A stretch of 64,000 bases of DNA from an uncultured bacterium. Its GTDB lineage: Bacteria > Verrucomicrobiota > Kiritimatiellia > RFP12 > UBA1067. The translations under genes and the position numbers were made by a program. Positions 61,094-64,000 of the stretch are shown here, piece after piece. A model generated the notes under the pieces. It worked only from the letters and a program-made list of their open reading frames with translations. It searched no databases and had not been told where the DNA came from. The stretch is taken from positions 4,184,529 to 4,248,528 of the forward strand of contig OW818680.1 of the NCBI GenBank assembly GCA_942493055.1, given 5' to 3'. How positions within the stretch are numbered: position 1 is the stretch's first letter; each line of letters begins with the position of its first letter.

Positions 61094-64000
61094 ATGCGCG
61101 GGAGAGTAAAGCAGGGGAATTGCTTTTTCAAAATCGTGTGCTATACGGTACTGGCTTTCGGGTCGGCAACAAGTGATGCGCGCGAGGCGCTGTCTAATAA
61201 TCCTAATCTTTCTCCTGCGGCGCGGAAGGCGATTGAGGCGGATTGGCAGCGGCAGGAGAAGGTGACGCGGCAGGTTGCGGCCACTTCGCCGGCGGCTCTT
61301 GACGGGCTCCTCATGCGTGGTCGGCTGATGTGTACGGATATGGAGGAGCTGGGCGGCAACGCGGCAGTGAAGGCGGCGCGCGAGAAGCTGGAGGAGATCA
61401 ACGCGGCACGCGACAAGCTTGTCGCTGACCATTGTCCGGCAGGGGACGCCTGGCTGAAACCTTATCTGGAATTGCGCTGGGCGCTCCGTGCGCTGGCCTT
61501 CAGTAATCCACGGCTGGACTTCGCCAGCCTGGTGTTTGTCAAGCGGCGCTGGCCGTCGATCAACCACCAGTGCTCGCATCGTGTCGGCGAGGCGCAGGCA
61601 GGCGGGGCGAGCCTCTGCATCCTGACAGGGCTGCATCCTGACGGTTCAGTCAGGGAGCTTCTGGATGCGGACCATGCCCGCGGCGGGGTCGGGCGGCCGG
61701 ATCTCTCGTTTGATGCGAAGCAACTGGTCTTCCCGTATGCCGAACCGCGTATGGGCGGTACTATGAACTACGGCTATGGCCAGCCCGGTGTCCGCGGCGG
61801 TAAATGTCTGATGTATGATATCTGGACAATCAATATCGATGGGACAGGCCTGAAGAATCTCACCCGTGCGCCCGGCTATGAGGACACGGAGCCGTGTTTT
61901 CTTCCGGACGGGCGGATCGCCTTTACGTCGTCCAGGTCCGGTCGCCTTGTGCAGTGCGGCAACTGGGCGCTGGTCTGCGGCATCTACTCTATGAAGGCCG
62001 ACGGATCCGACGTGCGTCAGGTGACGGAGCCTAAGGAGGGCGAATTTTATCCGAGCATGCTGGACGACGGACGGCTCATCTACACCCGGTGGGACTATGT
62101 GATGAAGGGATATAATGTGATCCAGCAGGTGTGGGCTGTGAACCCGGATGGCACGAGATCCCAGCTCTATTACGGCGACTGGTTCTCCTTCTCCAAAGGG
62201 CCCATCGCCTTATTCGAAGCGCGCCAGGTTCCGGGGAGCCGCAAACTCATGGCCACCGGAGCAGCGCATCACAATTCAGGGGTAGGACCGCTGATGCTGG
62301 TCGATCCGGCCAAGAACCGGGGGACGCTCGACTCCATGATCAACGTGACTCCGGAAGTCGCGTATCCGGAAACCGGCGCGCTGGGAAATGAAGTGGAGCA
62401 GCCGGAGCTGACCTACAAGGCGCTGCCCAACACAGGCTGGTATACGTCGCCCTGGCCCCTTTCCGAAAAACATTTCTTATGCGTGTACTCCTTCGACGCG
62501 AACAATACATCGGCGTTTGGCTATGGGATTTACCTGCAGGATATCCATGGGAACAAGGAGCTGATTTACCGGGGAAGCGATTTCTCGTGCTATGCGCCCA
62601 TGCCGCTGAAGCCCAGGCCGCGGCCGAAGGAGTTGCCGGATACGGTGAAGGGGCATGATCCGCAGGCGCCCGGGACGCTGATCGTGACGGATATCTACAA
62701 GGGGCTGATTGGCGTGAAACCGGGCGAGGTTAAATTCCTGCGCGTGCTGGAAACGCACCCCAAGATTATTGAGACCACGCCCCAGCGGGTTGACATGGGT
62801 GTGAACTGCGGGTGGGATGCGCGCGGGGTCCTGGGCACGGTTCCGGTGGAGGAGGATGGCTCAGCCTGTTTCCTGGCGCCCTCGAACCGGCAGCTCTTCT
62901 TTGAAGCGCTTGACAAAGATCATCTGGAAATTCGGCGCATGCGGAATTTCATGAACCTCATGCCCGGCGAGACTGTGGGGTGCGTGGGGTGCCATGAGTC
63001 GTACTCCTCGGCAGCGAACCCTTCTGCGACAGAGGGGCTCATGGCCTTGAAACGCGCGCCTTCGAAGATCACGCCGCCTGCATGGGGCACGGACGGGCTT
63101 GCCTTTCCGAGGGTCGTGCAGCCGGTCCTGGACCGCCTGTGTGTCAAGTGTCATGACGGGGAGAAGGGCAAGGATAAGAGTTTTGATCTGCGGGGCTTGA
63201 AATGGGTGAAGGCTCCGGGGCCCCACGACCCGGACCAGGGGCCTCAGCATCTGGTCAGCGACGCGTTCCTGAAGTTGCTGGACTATGTGTCGTACGTCCG
63301 TGTCGGCGGGTATCACGGGCCGAAGCTTCCGTTGCAGGCGTTCAAGACAGGCTCCCATGAGAGCCGGCTGATGCAGGTCCTGGCCAAGGGGCATCACGGG
63401 TTGACGCTGGCTGCAGACGACTGGCAGGCGCTGGCCTGCTGGATTGACTGCAACGCGCCGTTCTATGGAGACTGGCAAAACATCATTGTGGGGCCAGGGG
63501 CAGGTGCGGAGGTGCTGCGTGAGCTGACGGACGTGGACAAAGCGCTGATCAATACCCGGGTGCGGCAGTTGAACAGCCAGAGCAAGGAGAAGGGACGGCT
63601 GGTCGGGTATCTGGCTGGCGGGTTGCAGGCAAGCTCCGACCTGGATAAGAATATTGTCTTCTCTCAGGTGCAGGGGCAAGGGTGGACGTGTCCAGAAATG
63701 CAGAAGGTGGAGAAGCTGCCGCCGACCCAGCGGGCTCTGGCCTTCAGCAATGTCAGTCTGAAGTTTGAGGTCAAGGGGCTGGATCCGACGAAACGTTATG
63801 TTCTTGGGCTGACCTGGTGGGATTACAACAATGCCCAGCGGATGCAAAGCATTTCGTGCAAGGGCAGAAAAGAGGCAAGAAGCATTAAATTGCTGGATAC
63901 CACCCTGCTGCCGAATTACACGGCTGGACGGCAGTTGCCTGGCACCGTGACACTGGAGATCCCGCAGGAACTTTCGCGGCAGAGCGAGCTTTCGCTGACG
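61094..64000 (+). CDS. Large secreted TolB/PD40 beta-propeller + PSCyt1-type cytochrome c protein, 3'-partial (third paralog)
   Basis: The frame stays open from the ATG at 61094 to the window end; it is not in the supplied ORF track because it lacks a stop. Signal-like N-terminus (FFKIVCYTVLAFGSA). PD40-like repeats (PDGRIAFTSSRSG, DGRLIYTRWDYVMKG). Heme motifs CVGCH and FPRVVQPVLDRLCVKCHDGEKGKDKSFDLRG. It is colinear with the two paralogs. Confidence 0.8.
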   Translation, partial: MRGRVKQGNCFFKIVCYTVLAFGSATSDAREALSNNPNLSPAARKAIEADWQRQEKVTRQVAATSPAALDGLLMRGRLMCTDMEELGGNAAVKAAREKLEEINAARDKLVADHCPAGDAWLKPYLELRWALRALAFSNPRLDFASLVFVKRRWPSINHQCSHRVGEAQAGGASLCILTGLHPDGSVRELLDADHARGGVGRPDLSFDAKQLVFPYAEPRMGGTMNYGYGQPGVRGGKCLMYDIWTINIDGTGLKNLTRAPGYEDTEPCFLPDGRIAFTSSRSGRLVQCGNWALVCGIYSMKADGSDVRQVTEPKEGEFYPSMLDDGRLIYTRWDYVMKGYNVIQQVWAVNPDGTRSQLYYGDWFSFSKGPIALFEARQVPGSRKLMATGAAHHNSGVGPLMLVDPAKNRGTLDSMINVTPEVAYPETGALGNEVEQPELTYKALPNTGWYTSPWPLSEKHFLCVYSFDANNTSAFGYGIYLQDIHGNKELIYRGSDFSCYAPMPLKPRPRPKELPDTVKGHDPQAPGTLIVTDIYKGLIGVKPGEVKFLRVLETHPKIIETTPQRVDMGVNCGWDARGVLGTVPVEEDGSACFLAPSNRQLFFEALDKDHLEIRRMRNFMNLMPGETVGCVGCHESYSSAANPSATEGLMALKRAPSKITPPAWGTDGLAFPRVVQPVLDRLCVKCHDGEKGKDKSFDLRGLKWVKAPGPHDPDQGPQHLVSDAFLKLLDYVSYVRVGGYHGPKLPLQAFKTGSHESRLMQVLAKGHHGLTLAADDWQALACWIDCNAPFYGDWQNIIVGPGAGAEVLRELTDVDKALINTRVRQLNSQSKEKGRLVGYLAGGLQASSDLDKNIVFSQVQGQGWTCPEMQKVEKLPPTQRALAFSNVSLKFEVKGLDPTKRYVLGLTWWDYNNAQRMQSISCKGRKEARSIKLLDTTLLPNYTAGRQLPGTVTLEIPQELSRQSELSLT

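Overview
This is a 64-kb chromosomal window, most likely from a PVC-superphylum bacterium (Verrucomicrobiota, Lentisphaerota or Planctomycetota). The basis is roughly 60% GC in the core regions, Planctomycete-type cytochrome c (PSCyt1-like) CxxCH motifs, many secreted glycoside hydrolases and sulfatases, and a DUF1559-like pilin N-terminus. This placement is low confidence and made by eye.

The backbone genes include purL, folE, a ubiA/ubiE-type quinone operon, two carbohydrate-utilisation clusters, a sialate O-acetylesterase, an FGGY kinase, an MFS sugar porter and an AraC regulator. Three visibly lower-GC islands interrupt this backbone, at about 9.7-13.2 kb, 19.3-21.2 kb and 34.3-40.5 kb. 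The third island carries a DUF4041/T5orf172 (GIY-YIG-like) gene pair with an uncharacterised partner, which I rate as the best candidate for a new defence-type system. It also carries a DUF4143 ATPase with a strong palindromic operator, and a Kv-like potassium channel.

Two further items stand out. At 52.2-58.0 kb there is a roughly 1940-aa DUF4011 / SF1 helicase / PD-(D/E)xK / DUF3320 protein with an unusual N-terminal transglutaminase-like domain. I recall this architecture as the single-gene Hhe system (HheA). It sits next to a two-component system. Separately, there are three paralogous secreted proteins of about 1100 aa that combine TolB/PD40 beta-propeller repeats with PSCyt1-type CxxCH heme motifs. 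One of them is flanked by inverted copies of a repeat of about 250 bp.

The intergenic space is unusually rich in several families of structured dispersed repeats. The most common is a composite element with (TGGAATR)n arms around a GC-rich two-hairpin core, which shows compensatory base changes between copies. I found no rRNA, tRNA or CRISPR array by eye.
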